From Octopus sinensis (lineage: Eukaryota): a stretch of 64,000 bases of DNA. The translations under genes were made by a program, and so were the position numbers. Each line of letters starts with the position of its first letter. Positions within the stretch are counted from its first letter, which is position 1. Under the pieces are notes generated by a model. It searched no databases. It saw nothing but the letters and a program-made list of their open reading frames with translations, and was not told the DNA's origin. Shown piece after piece: positions 13,130 to 25,547 of this stretch. Where the stretch lies: NCBI RefSeq assembly GCF_006345805.1, contig NC_043006.1, forward strand, positions 124,001 through 188,000, written 5' to 3'.

Positions 13130-13627
13130 GGGTTTTCTTTCCCTCGGCTCTTTACATTCTGAGTTCAAATTCCGCCCAGGTCGACTTTGCCTTTCATCTT
13201 TTCGGGGTCGATTAAATAAGTACCTGTTACGCACTGGGGTCGATGTAATCGACTTAATCCCTTCCCCCAAGTTTCAGGCTTTGTGTCTACAGTAGAAAGG
13301 ATCAGTCATCCTTTCGGGGTCGATTAAGTAAATACCAGTTACGCACTGAGATCGATCTAATCGACTATCCCCCTCCCCTAAAATTTCAGGCCTTATGCCT
13401 ATAGTAGAAATGATTATTATTATTATTATTACTATTATTATTATCATTATTGGCTTTTTTTTTACCTCGGCTCTTTACGTTCTGAGTTCAAATTCCGCCC
13501 AGGTCGACTTTGCTTTTCATCCTTTCGGGGGTCGATAATTAAGTACCAGTTGCATACTGGGATCGATCTAATCGACTGCCCCCCCCCCAAAAAAAAAATT
13601 TAGGGCCTTGTGCCTAGAGTAGAAAAG

Positions 13628-13667
<40 letters not shown>

Positions 13668-13990
13668 TATTATTATTATTATTGGGTTTTCTTTCCCTCG
13701 GCTCTTTACATTCTGAGTTCAAATTCCGCCCAGGTCGACTTTGCCTTCATCTTTTCGGGGTCGATTAAATAAGTACCTGTTACGCACTGGGGTCGATGTA
13801 ATCGACTTAATCCCTTCCCCCAAGTTTCAGGCTTTGTGTCTACAGTAGAAAGGATCAGTCATCCTTTCGGGGTCGATTAAGTAAATACCAGTTACGCACT
13901 GAGATCGATCTAATCGACTATCCCCCTCCCCTAAAATTTTAGGCCTTATGCCTATAGTAGAAATGATTATTATTATTATTATTACTATTA
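12870..13990 (+). repeat. Tandem duplication (~555 bp x2) of three partial SINE B copies separated by (TTA)n
   Basis: cctcggctctttacgttctgag at 12909 and 13465; cctatagtagaaatg at 13398 and 13951; nearly identical. Confidence 0.9.
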
Positions 13991-14024
13991 TTATTATCAT
14001 CATTATTATTATTATTATTATTAT

Positions 14025-14059
<35 letters not shown>

Positions 14060-14280
14060 TTTTCGGCTCTCCTCCGGTTCTTTACGTTCTGAGTTCAATT
14101 TCCGCCGAAGTCAACTCTGCCTTTCATCGCTATCAGAATCGATAAAAAAAGCACCTATCATCGAACACTTTAGTCGATGTAATCGATTTACAGAAAGCTG
14201 ATTTACCTACTTCCCCAAAATTACTGTCATTTGTGCCAAAATTTGAAATCATTATTATCATCATCATCGTCGTCGTCATC

Positions 14281-14354
<74 letters not shown>

Positions 14355-14357
<3 letters not shown>

Positions 14358-14452
14358 TAGTTTTATTTTTATAGCGTGCTTTCACTTCACTACCGAGCGC
14401 AGCTCTGTGTGCCTTGGGTATGTGCTGTGATTTGTTGTGATACTCTGATGGT
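14355..14452 (-). mobile_element. Dong/R4-type LINE, 3' UTR only, within (TAA)n
   Basis: cgtgctttcacttcactaccgagcgcagctctgtg...ctctgatggtt nearly identical to 61223-61302. Confidence 0.85.
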
Positions 14453-14561
14453 TATTATTATTATTATTATTGTTATTGTTATTGTTATTATTATTGTTAT
14501 TGTTGTTATTGTTATTGTTGTTGTTGTTGTTGTTGTTGTTACTGTTGTTGTTGTTACTATA

Positions 14562-14785
14562 AAGGCGGCGAGCTGGTAGAATCGTTAGCACGCCGGGCGA
14601 AATGCTTAGCAGTAAGTATTTCGTCCGTCATTGCGTTCTGAATTCAAAATTTCCGCCGAGGTCGACTTCACCTTTCAGCATCGCTTCGAGGTCGATAATA
14701 TTGGAAGGAGTTGAAAACTGGGGTCGATGTAATCGACTCATCCCAACCTCCCCCAAGCTGCCCTTGTGGCAAAAAAAAAATTGAA
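14562..14785 (+). mobile_element. SINE family B
   Basis: aaggcggcgagctggtagaatcgttagcacgccgggcgaaatg head. Confidence 0.85.
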
Positions 14786-14815
14786 GTTATCATCATCATT
14801 ATCATCATCAGTATT

Positions 14816-14868
<53 letters not shown>

Positions 14869-14869
<1 letters not shown>

Positions 14870-15422
14870 GAGTGTGAGAGCAGCGCATGCCACCAAAGTG
14901 ACACTGGGGTAAAATATACGAAGCCAGTATACCCATCATGACTACCCGTCCGATAAGGGTACACCAGGCACATGCATCACAACCATATGTGCGCGAGATG
15001 GTGATCTCATATCAAGATAAACAGCACACGACCTTGCAGGTGGGGCCCAGTTAGAATTTTCTTCTGGTCGAGTAACCCATCCCTCTCAAAAGGTCCCTGA
15101 ATAAGGGTTGCTTAAGTATGGTGAACAAGATACTCATGTTGTCAAACGTGAATTACCCAAACCCCCAAAGAATTCCTCTCAACACATGGCTATGATGCTC
15201 CCCCATTATTTCTGCTCGTGATCAGAGATGCACATATCGTCAGTCACCAAGGGACAAGCTCAACTGGTTAAGGTCAAACAACTGACAGGCAAATCTGTGG
15301 TATTGAGCAGAATATTTGTTATAGCCCATCTTTTATGCCAAGACAAAACAATGTACATGACGACACTTCCAATCAGTTAAGATCGGAAGCGATGAGAGCC
15401 ACTGCCTGGTACTGCATCAGGG

Positions 15423-15426
<4 letters not shown>
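14869..15426. mobile_element. Unclassified ~560-bp non-coding interspersed repeat between (TTG)n and (TTA)n
   Basis: Second copy in opposite orientation at 36662-37165; no ORF, TIR or tRNA head evident. Confidence 0.8.
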
Positions 15427-15466
<40 letters not shown>

Positions 15467-15639
15467 GAGTATCGAGGTGGCAGGATCGTTAGCCGGACAA
15501 AATGTTTAGCGACATTTCGCAGGTCTTTATGTTCTGAGTTGAAATTCCGCTGAGGTCGACTTTACTATTCATCCTTTCGGGGTCGATAAATTAAGTATCA
15601 ATCATGTGATCAATTTATCCCTCTTTAACGGAGTTGCAG

Positions 15640-16791
15640 TTCTGAGTAAAACGGAGACCGATGGTGAGCATTTGGAAAGTGGAGTGTCTTCAAGTGCTCT
15701 CAGACCTCAGCCAATCGGACACTTGAACGTCCACTTAAGCTTTTTATAGAGGATTAGTGGAGGGGAAAATGCGACGACGTTCTTGGGCGTCGAAGAAGAT
15801 CAACTAGCCGCTCTTTTCCGGAGAACTTTCGGCCCGGAACCGATAGATAATTTCCAAAAATCTCTGGCCTGGCAGTGCTACTGGGGAGCTTTGCCTATTC
15901 GTGATAAAATTTATAGGCACGTGTGTGCCGTCAGCGGAGCAATACGAGATGCACACAGGACGACGAGACGTTCCTGCATGCACTCATCCAGTGCCCAAGC
16001 ATTGCTGGCCTCTGGTTCTATATTGAACCCCTGCCGTCGCATGTGGGACGGATCCGGCCGTCAACTGAATCCATCGTGGACATCGCCTCGCCGCCTTCCT
16101 TTAACCGAGAAGGAAATGTTATTTTCATATGCCTGGTGACCATGGCGAAAGAGGTTGTATGGTGGACGAGATTGGAGGGGCTGAAGACAAATACTTTTCT
16201 CTTTGGCCAACCCCTGATCAACTTCAAGTTTCACTTGAAAAGGAAAATAAGCGAAGAGTGGGAAGTGTTGTTTGCTAGCCAATTTGCTGAAAGGTGGATG
16301 AAAGTGGCGAGAATGGCGCGGGTGAACATCCCTGCCCAGAGTATACGCCTGTAGATGATAAAAAAAAGGAAAGTAAAAAAAAAGCATCTTCCCCCAAAGT
16401 GAAAGTACGTCTGTTTTTTTTTTTATGGGATTTTTCCATGAGCATCCCTCAAACGTCTTCTCCCTATTGAGGATCACACATCGATGATTTAGTTGAAAGT
16501 TTGTTAGTCTTGTTTACACGCAAAACCCTCACAACAACAACACACACTCACACACACATTCTTTGTTTTGTCCTGTCTATAATGCTTTTCTTAATCGTTA
16601 ACACGCTGGATAAAATAGCGGTATTTCTTTCGCCAGTCGCTACGTTCTGGGTTCAAATTCCGCCGAAGTCGACTTTGCCTTTCATCCTTTCGGGGTCGAT
16701 AAATCAAGTACCAGTTGAGTACTGGGGTCGATGTAATCGACTATCTCTCCCCACCCCCAATTTCAGGTCTTGTGCCTGTATTAGAAAGGGC

Positions 16792-16822
<31 letters not shown>

Positions 16823-16980
16823 GATAGCTGAACCTCCCTTCATTTTATTTTATTGCATGCCGCATGCTGTGTATGTACTTGCAATTTTTTTTATCATTTC
16901 ATATGTAAATCCCCAACACTTCATGTCTGTCTTTGTATTGTTCCCCTCATCCTTCGCCCTGGTGGCAAATAAAAGAAATC
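15640..16980 (+). mobile_element. Tx1/L1-clade LINE 3' fragment, 3' UTR interrupted by a SINE B (16596-16790)
   Basis: DNFQKSLAWQCYWGALPIRDKIYRH...C..DETFLHALIQCP (zinc-finger region after RT); homologous to 18250-19260. Confidence 0.8.
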
Positions 16981-16999
16981 ATCGTTGTTATTATTATTG

Positions 17000-17574
17000 T
17001 TGTTGTTGTTGTTTGAAAACACTACTTTTCTGCGAAATCCTCGGTGGTGGAGAGGGAAGTGCCTGCACCAGTATTTCTGCAAAAAATTGGGTAAATTTAG
17101 CGAGAATGACCCGAGTGAAACGACCTGTTCCTAGCATAGCACTTGTAGACTTGAAAGAACGGAGAAGAGGAACACTTGTCCGTGGGTTCCTGGTTCACCG
17201 CTGAGTGGTAGCCCTTACTCCAATTAAGGAATTTTCTGTTGATTGTTAATTGCATGTCTCTATGTATTCTCTGCTGTCCTTTATACTTGAATTCTTCTGA
17301 GGTTTTGTAACCCATGTGGTCAATAAAGAAAGTTGAACATTCACATGTAGGGGTGCCTGCCTAAGGAGCTCTTGGCGGTCAGGGTGACCAGGAGGTGTGG
17401 TGCGCCTTAGTTGACCCTGGGTGGCACTCTCCCCAATTGGGTATTTTAATTGTTAGACTTTTCTTTTTGTTATTTTATTATTTACTCGATTCTTGTGTTA
17501 AACCCGACGCGTCCCTTGTTTTGTATTGTCTATATTTGTTTTTGTGTTTGGCCTTTGTGGCCAATAGGGAAACG

Positions 17575-17580
<6 letters not shown>
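17000..17580 (+). mobile_element. Two further short diverged Tx1-like LINE 3' ends
   Basis: KNWVNLARMTRV resembles ERWMKVARMARV of neighbouring copies; ends gtggtcaataaagaaa (17317-17330) and ggcctttgtggccaatagggaaac (17550-17573). Confidence 0.5.
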
Positions 17581-17621
<41 letters not shown>

Positions 17622-17654
17622 CATTATTATTATTATCATTATTAGCAGCAGCAG

Positions 17655-19262
17655 CTGTTCAGCGGTCAAAGTAAACGGTTACCTATCGGAACCGTTTGGC
17701 ATCGCACGCTCGGTCCATCAGGGCTACTCGCTGTCGCCTCTTCTTTACGTATTGGCACTCAAGCCACTGCTGCGGAAGCTGGAACAGTTAAGGGGCAGTC
17801 CTTTCGAACCGCGGTACGGAAGGGCAGTGTTGGGGCATACACAGACGATGTTACTGTCATGGTGTCGGACGCCTCCGAAGTGGAGACCAGTCTTACCCAG
17901 AAATGGGCTGAGAGGAAGCTGTCCATGAAAGGTCGGGCAGAGGTGGAGAATGACTACATGGCTTCCATTACCATTTATCGCTTGACCGTCATGCTTTGTC
18001 CCGATTACTGCTTGACCAGGGTGGAGCGTCTTTTACCTAAATTCTTGTGGAAGGGACGCGTTCCAATGGCCAGGCGATCAGTCTGTTTCAAGCATCCTCT
18101 GAGTGGTGGGTAGGTATGCTGTGGGTCCTAATGCGCAGACATGCTCTTAAGTTACGCCACCTGCAACGATTTCTGGACGGTGAGCGTGTGGGGGCTTCGT
18201 TTGTAAGGCTCTTCTTTCCGCAGCTCGTCTCCTTGACGGAGCTGGAGTCCTGAGTGGAGAAAAGACCGAGACTAAGTGCCTGGTACCTAGAATGTTGTCA
18301 GCCGCTCACAGCCCTCTACCAGTCGGGCAATGGGATCGGTGGATGTTCCGCTTTAGAAATTTATAGAGGATTAGTAGCGAGAAAGTGCGACGACGTTCTC
18401 GGGGGGACTCCAGGTGCCGATGGACTGGTTAGTCTGTTCCGAAGGACTTTATGGCCGGGGACTATCATGGATAATTTCCAGATGTCCTTGGCTTAGCAGT
18501 GCTACCGGAGGGTGCTACTGGTTCGAAATGAACTCTACAGGCTTGGATATACTGTCAGACAGGCTTGTCCTCTGAGATGCACGTAGAGTGACGAAACCGT
18601 TTTCCGTGCACTCGTTCGGTGTCCGGGCATTGCTGATTTGCGGGGTTATGTCGAGCAGCTGCCGTCACATGTGGGACGGATCCGTCTATCGGCCGAGTGA
18701 TGATTGCCCCTCCGCCCTCCTTCAATCGAGCAGACAAGGCAGTTTTCCTTTGCCTGATGACTGTGGCGAAAGAGGTTTGCTTGACGGCATGAGGACAGAT
18801 ACATTCCTCTTTGGTAGAGCTCTCATTGACTTCATCAAGTTTCACTTGAAAAGGAAATTGGGGGTGGAGAAGGAAGTGCTGTCCTCGAATGAGTTTACTG
18901 AAAGGTGGGTGAAAGTTGCGAAAATGGCAAGAGTAGATGGTCTAAGTGTAGACCTGTGAATCCGAGAGAAGGAATTGGAGAGGGCACTTTCGATGTTCAA
19001 GGAAATCTCGGACACGGACAGTGGAATTCCTCTATTATCCCTAGAGGCAATCCTGTATCAGGAGGGCTATATCCCACACCCATTTTTTTCTTTAAACCTT
19101 TGTATGCTATGTATATATTCTTTCCTTTTCATTGTATACCGTGTATACTCACATAGTTTATAATTATATTATCGTTTCGTTATATGTATACACCCACACC
19201 TTATGTCTGTCTTTGTATTGTTTCCCTCATCCTTCACCCTGGTAGAAAATAAATGAAATCAT
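17655..19262 (+). mobile_element. Tx1/L1-clade LINE, 5'-truncated, internally deleted, decayed ORF2
   Basis: SAVKVNGYLSEPFGIARSVHQGYSLSPLLYVLAL (RT QG motif), AYTDDV (YxDD), LSMKGRAEV, FLWKGR, PLSGG*G, Cys/His finger; starts right after (TTA)n. Confidence 0.9.
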
Positions 19263-19293
19263 TATTGTCATTGTTGTTGTTGCTGTTGTTGTT

Positions 19294-19692
19294 AAAGTGG
19301 CGAGCTGACAGAATCGTTAGCACGCCGGGCGAAATGCTTTGCGGTATTTCGTCTGCCGCTACATTCTGAGTTCAAATTCCGCCGAGATCGACTTTGCCTT
19401 TCATCCTTTCGGGGTCGATTAAATAAGTACCAGTTACGCACTGGAGTCAATATCATCGACTTAATCCGTTTGTCTGTCCTTGTTTGTCCCCTCTATGTTT
19501 AGCCCATCCTGGGTAATAAAGAAATAGGTATTTCGTCTGGCGTTACGTTCCGAGTTCAAATTCCGCCGAGGTCAACTTCGACTTTCATCCCTTCGGGGTC
19601 GATAAATTAAGTACCAATTGCGTACTGGGGTCAATCTAATCGACTGGCCCCCTTCCAACAAAATTCGGGCCTTTTGCCTAGAGTAGAAAAGA
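19294..19692 (+). mobile_element. SINE family B dimer (full unit with tail 1 plus headless unit with tail 2)
   Basis: Junction aataaagaaata|ggtatttcgtc at 19526/19527. Confidence 0.9.
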
Positions 19693-20335
19693 TTATTTAT
19701 CTATTTATTTGTTTATCCATTTATCTTTGGATACCTGTACTCCATATCGTGGAAACTACAATTCTGAACTTTTTCTTGTACTAAAATTTTAATATTTTCG
19801 CAAAATTTTTTGTTCCCCATCCACTTTCATATTCTATTCCTATCCCATGGTTTTAGACTCCAGGAAAATTCTTTGTAAGACTTATTCTGTCATTCTCTTT
19901 TGCCGAACTACTAAGCTACGGGGATATAAACACACCACCATCGGTTGTCAAGCGATGGAGGAAAAACAAACACAGACACAAAGGCACACACACAGATATA
20001 TAGACAGTTTCTGTCTACCAAATCTACTCACAAGGTTTTGATCGGCTCGAGGCTATCGTAAACACACTTGCCCTAGGTGGAGTCAACCTCCACCTATTCG
20101 TGTTATTATAAGTATATGTGTGTATGTGTAAGTGTATATATATCTATATATATATCTATATTACATATATTGATATATAATATACATATATTTATATATA
20201 TATATACATATATTTATATATATGCATATATTTATATATATATGCATATATTTTATATAGATATTATATACATTAGATATTATAATATATTATTTATATA
20301 TATATATATATATATATAATTATATATATATATAT

Positions 20336-20409
<74 letters not shown>

Positions 20410-20414
20410 GATAT

Positions 20415-20461
<47 letters not shown>

Positions 20462-20469
20462 TAGTCTTT

Positions 20470-20970
20470 GAATATTTATCCTAGTATGGATAATTCGGTT
20501 AACCGATACCCGGGTAGCAATTCCACGTCAGAAAAACACGGTGAAGCTACATGCCAAGGCAGAGATCACGTGCTTTCGTGTGGAAATTTGTGGGTTTTTT
20601 TAATACAAATAAATGAAAGAATGGAGTTGAACGACGATTTACAAAATTCCTTTATCCTCGACATATGTTTCGAAGACTGCATATTCCTAATTTCGAAGGA
20701 ATAAGGGGTGCATTATGCCGCCTTCTCATCAGAAGACAAGGAACTTATGTCAGCATCATGATGAACAAAACTTTTAGATGACGCCCACACGGAGTCCATA
20801 GCGATAATGTCATCATGATGCTGACATAAGTTCCTTGTCTTTCCTGATGAGAAGGCGGCTAAATGCACCCCTTATTCCTTCGAAATTAGGATATGCAGTC
20901 TTCGAAACATATGTCGAGGATAAAGGAATTTTTGTAAATCGTCGTTCACCTCCATTCTTTCATTTATTTG

Positions 20971-20973
<3 letters not shown>
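20470..20973. mobile_element. Penelope-like foldback insertion between (TA)n tracts, two head-to-head hammerheads (HH1)
   Basis: ~160-bp inverted arms 20603-20763 / 20809-20973; + copy tttc CTGATGA gaaggc...gtcttc GAAA catatg TC gagg (20840-20919); - copy 20656-20736. Confidence 0.85.
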
Positions 20974-21053
<80 letters not shown>

Positions 21054-21755
21054 CAAACTAGAAAGTTTACACCGGCGAGTGGCAGGTAATAGAGAACAAG
21101 AACCGGACAGTATGCGATAAAGGAACAGTAACAATTTATTACGCAGTTAGACACCCATTATATTGAATAGATGTATATTTATGGTAATCTTGCAACAATT
21201 TTTATTATACAAAATCATTTACACGTTTACATTCTTTCATAATTCTTCAACAAGTAGTCACTATGTCAATAATCTTGCATAAAAAGAAAGAAGAAAAGTC
21301 ACTCAACCCTTCGATAATAACATCTAAGTTGATAATGACGAAATTAAACTGGTCGATGACAATTTGAAGTTAACATTGGCAAGTGTGAAACTGGTATAGG
21401 TACCTATATATATATATTATATATATATAATATATATCTATATATATATAATATATATATATCTAATATATATATATATGCATATATAATGCATATCTCT
21501 GCATATTATATATATAGATATATATATATTATATATATATATATGCATATATAGGCATATCTCTGCATATATAGGCATATCTCCTGCATATATATATATA
21601 TATATATATGCATATATATATATATATACATTTATATAACATATGCATATACTGGGTATAGGACGTCACCAACAGTAAACAACATGAAATACGAAAACAA
21701 ATGAGTTCAATACGCAAACGAGAGAAACAAATATAGGTGGCAAAATCGCAATTTT

Positions 21756-22097
21756 AGGGCACTTATCAGCAACTAGAAATAAGAATCAAAACAACTCAAT
21801 GGCAACCAATAATTTTCACTTTTACCATTTTTGAAATCAGCATATGATCTCAAACGAAAATCTTATAAGCTGACAAGACGTGATGAGTTTAACCCCAGGC
21901 GCAGTGCGAGCCACTGATGAACGTTAAGATGCATTAAGCATCAAAACGCGAAATCATGGATTATCTGGCTGTATCTGCGACCGAAGGAAGCTTGTCCACC
22001 CCCCCCCCCCCCGTCAGCTCATTAAGATAGTGCTTTTGTTCGTTATTGAGTCGTTTTGACCCTTATTTCTAGCAATAGTAGTGCTGATTAGTGCCCT
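21756..22097. mobile_element. MITE-like element with imperfect ~50-bp terminal inverted repeats
   Basis: agggcacttatcagca..ctagaaataagaatcaaaacaactcaat versus attgagtcgttttgacccttatttctag...tgctgattagtgccct. Confidence 0.65.
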
Positions 22098-22196
22098 TTG
22101 TTCATTTTAGTGACGTATATATTCTGCTTATATATACATATATATGTGTGTATATATGTACATACTATGTATATATATAGATATAATATATAATAT

Positions 22197-22229
<33 letters not shown>

Positions 22230-22576
22230 GTGTGTGTGTGTATTATGTATATATGTGTGTGTGTGTGTATGTATGTATGTATATATATATAGGTGTGTGT
22301 GTGTATTATGTATATAGTGTGTGTGTGTGTATGTATGTATGTAATATATATATATATGTGTGTGTGTGTGTGTTTGTGTATACATTTTAAAATATAACCA
22401 TATTGTCATTGGCGATTTTCTTCCTCCTCTTCCTTTTTTCTTGGACTTCCTCTGTTTCTGAAGAAGAAGTCTGCTCGAAACTTTGGAGCACTTTTCTTTC
22501 CTATCCCGAGCATCTGCTAATACTTACATGTACCACGTCCTCGTGTATTTGTTTATATATATATATATATAATAAA

Positions 22577-22651
<75 letters not shown>

Positions 22652-22691
22652 TATATATAAATAAATTTATATTAATATTTATATATACATA

Positions 22692-23090
22692 GGCGCAGGA
22701 GTGGCTGTGCGGTAAGTAGCTTGCTAACCAACCACATGGTTCCGGGTTCAGTCCCACTGCGTGGTATCTTGGGCAAGTGTCTTCTGCTATAGCCCCGGGC
22801 CGACCAATGCCTTGTGAGTGGATTTGGTAGACGGAAACTGAAAGAAGCCTGTCGTATATATGTATATATATATGTATGTGTGTGTGTGTTTGTGTGTCTG
22901 TGTTTGTCTCCCTAGCATTGCTTGACAACTGATGCTGGTGTGGTTACGTCCCCGTCACTTAGCGGTTCGGCAAAAGAGACCGATAGAATAAGTACTGGGC
23001 TTACAAAGAATAAGTCCCGGGGTCGATTTGCTCGACTAAAGGCGGTGCTCCAGCATGGCCGCAGTCAAATGACTGAAACAAGTAAAAGAG
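22692..23090 (+). mobile_element. SINE family A, full length
   Basis: ggcgcaggagtggctgtgcggtaag (A-box-like), ggttcagtccc (B-box-like), full tail. Confidence 0.95.
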
Positions 23091-23637
23091 TACAAATGTA
23101 TGTATATATTTCCACTTTTTTCTTATTTTTATTTTCCTAAAATTTTCGTTGCGTTTTGCAACCTTTTCAATAGTTTTCACTCTCAAAACTATTGAAAAGG
23201 TTGCAAGGCTTTGGTCGGCCCGAGGCTATAGTAGAAGACACTTGCCCAAGATGTCACGCAGTGACAACTTATAAATAAGGGCAAACGAAAAAATTTCTAA
23301 TGCCAAATATGCCGAAAATTGGACATTTACCATATAATTTTTTTCCAGTACGCACGCTACTCGAAAAAAATCCAACAGAAATCTCTAAAAAAATTCCATT
23401 ATTACCATATCGGACCGATTTCAGAGTTAGTTCAAAAAGAACCCTCTCTTCGTCAGTGATACATGTGGCAAAGAAGTAAATTAGATTCGTACTCATACCC
23501 ATGGAAGAAGCAAACACAACTAAGTACCCCAAATAAATCCAAAATAGAAATACTCCAGCCCATTCAAGACACGTGCGATTTGAACTGAGGCACTCACAGA
23601 GTGGGAGAGTCCTGAAGTGAACACTATTAAATTTATA

Positions 23638-23978
23638 TCTAATGTAGGATAAAATTTTTTCGAAAAAAAATTTCATCAATGGCCAGCATATTAAAAAATA
23701 CCTTTAAAAGTTAAATTATAAACAACTTATAAATAAGAGCAAACGAAAAAATTTCTAATGCCGAAAATTGACATATTGTCCATTTACCATATAATTTTTC
23801 GAGTAGCGTACGTACTGGGGAAAAAAATTATATGGTAAATGGACAATATGTCAATTTTCGGCATATTTGGCATTAGACATTTTTTCGTTTGCTCTTATAA
23901 TTTAACTTTTAAAGGTATTTTTTAATATGCTGGCCATTGATGAAATTTTTTTTCGAAAAAATTTTATCCTACATTAGA
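23638..23978. mobile_element. Foldback/MITE with long inverted arms; extra partial arm at 23265-23370
   Basis: tctaatgtaggataaaattttttcgaaaaaaaatttcatcaatggccagcatatt ... exact mirror ending atcctacattaga; abuts (TA)n. Confidence 0.85.
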
Positions 23979-23979
23979 G

Positions 23980-24012
<33 letters not shown>

Positions 24013-24939
24013 GTCCTTCAAAGAAACATGTGTCTCGTGATTTAAAAAGAATGGTAGTAGTTTTTGTGGCGGAATGAGGAGTCACGCACTGAGTACACAT
24101 GACGCATGACGCCCTTTCGGTAACTGTGAGTCTGTAGAACGCACGACATCGTGCTCCTGTAAATGACTGACTACTTTGAACTTTTATTTTTATTTATTTA
24201 TCGATTTATTTAAACTGTCTTAGTTATTCACACATGGTATTTTCGCATGTGTGCCGTCATAGAAAAGTATCTGCTTGCAATACGATACAGTTGTGGTTCG
24301 AAAACTGAGGATTAACCAGTTCGGCATTTACAATAAAAGAAACCGTCAGGCATGTGAACTGACTGAACGTCGTCGAATATTGAGGTCATCGGGTTGGCGA
24401 TAGGAAAACCTGCCTTCGTCGTTCTTCAACTGAGCATGACGCCCTACAACGCATTTCAGATTACATCGTGTGAAAGGTATTATGCAAAGGATCACCCGGT
24501 CCCTCCTAAGCCATAGACTCATAAAGCCAGTTTCTCAGACTCTGTGGCGTATATACTCCTGCCCGGACGGGATGCTAGTACATATGTAAGTACGAACGTA
24601 CGTATGTGTTTCTTTGGGATTTATTTTTAAGGCTTTTTTCCTTAACAGAACTGAAGCGGGTCACTAATAAAGTAGCAAAGCTGTTGTGTCTAAGTAAAGA
24701 CTACTCTTAGTATTTGTGTTTACCTGGGTTGATTGATGTATGCCTATATATGGGCATGTTATGCGTATGTGTGTGCATGTGGATGAACTTCCAACTTGTA
24801 AGTGTGCATGTCACGACAGAACACAAGCGATCGCTTCATTACTGCTTGTGTGAGTGTGCATTTACATGCATTCCATGTGTATAAATGATTATGGACCCAT
24901 GTTAGGTAGTGGGTAGCGATTTTCTTCACTACTTCAAGG

Positions 24940-25360
24940 AGTGACGACCCTGCCTAACACGAATCCCGGGCTCAGCTGGCTCCGGCTGACAGTACTCGGT
25001 ATGGGCCCCTATCCAGGGTTACGGAGAGGAGACAACCTTCAAAGACATCCGGAGTGGAGCCCCTACTCGATACTCTTCCAGCAGCTCCTGCAACCAAGCT
25101 GGTGCTAAACGTAATGCTCTGCATTCCTTTGGACTACATCAGCAAGGTCGAGAGAGAAGGTCCTGACGATTGGGCTACCCAGGATTTTCTTACATCTAGC
25201 CCAGGCCTGCACAAAACTGGAGAGGAAACTGGAGGGGACATGAAATGTAAAAACCAGACTGGATTAGTTTATGCGCAACTCCATTGTCTCCCGACACCAC
25301 AAAAGGATGCCAACAATACCCGTGTTCACCCAGGAACCTCAAACGGTCCCTGAAATGTTT
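24940..25360 (+). mobile_element. Possible 5' UTR fragment of an RTE-like LINE
   Basis: GC-richer island; cctttggactacatcagcaaggtcgagagagaagg resembles RTE 5' regions as recalled; not verified. Confidence 0.3.
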
Positions 25361-25547
25361 AACAAATTTTCGCTCTTCCACAAATCGATAATATCTGAAG
25401 AATGCAAATCAGCTTTTTTTTCTTTTTACTTGTTTCAGTCATTTGACTGAGGCCATGCTGGAGCACCATTCTTTTTAGGTGAACCCCAAGATTTCTAGGT
25501 TTCTTGGCAGATCATTTGTTACACAGATCAGTAATCTATGATAATAA

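Noticed and set aside
15370-15425. Faint resemblance to U2 snRNA pieces
   Set aside because: Only two short words match; no branch-point recognition sequence or Sm site.
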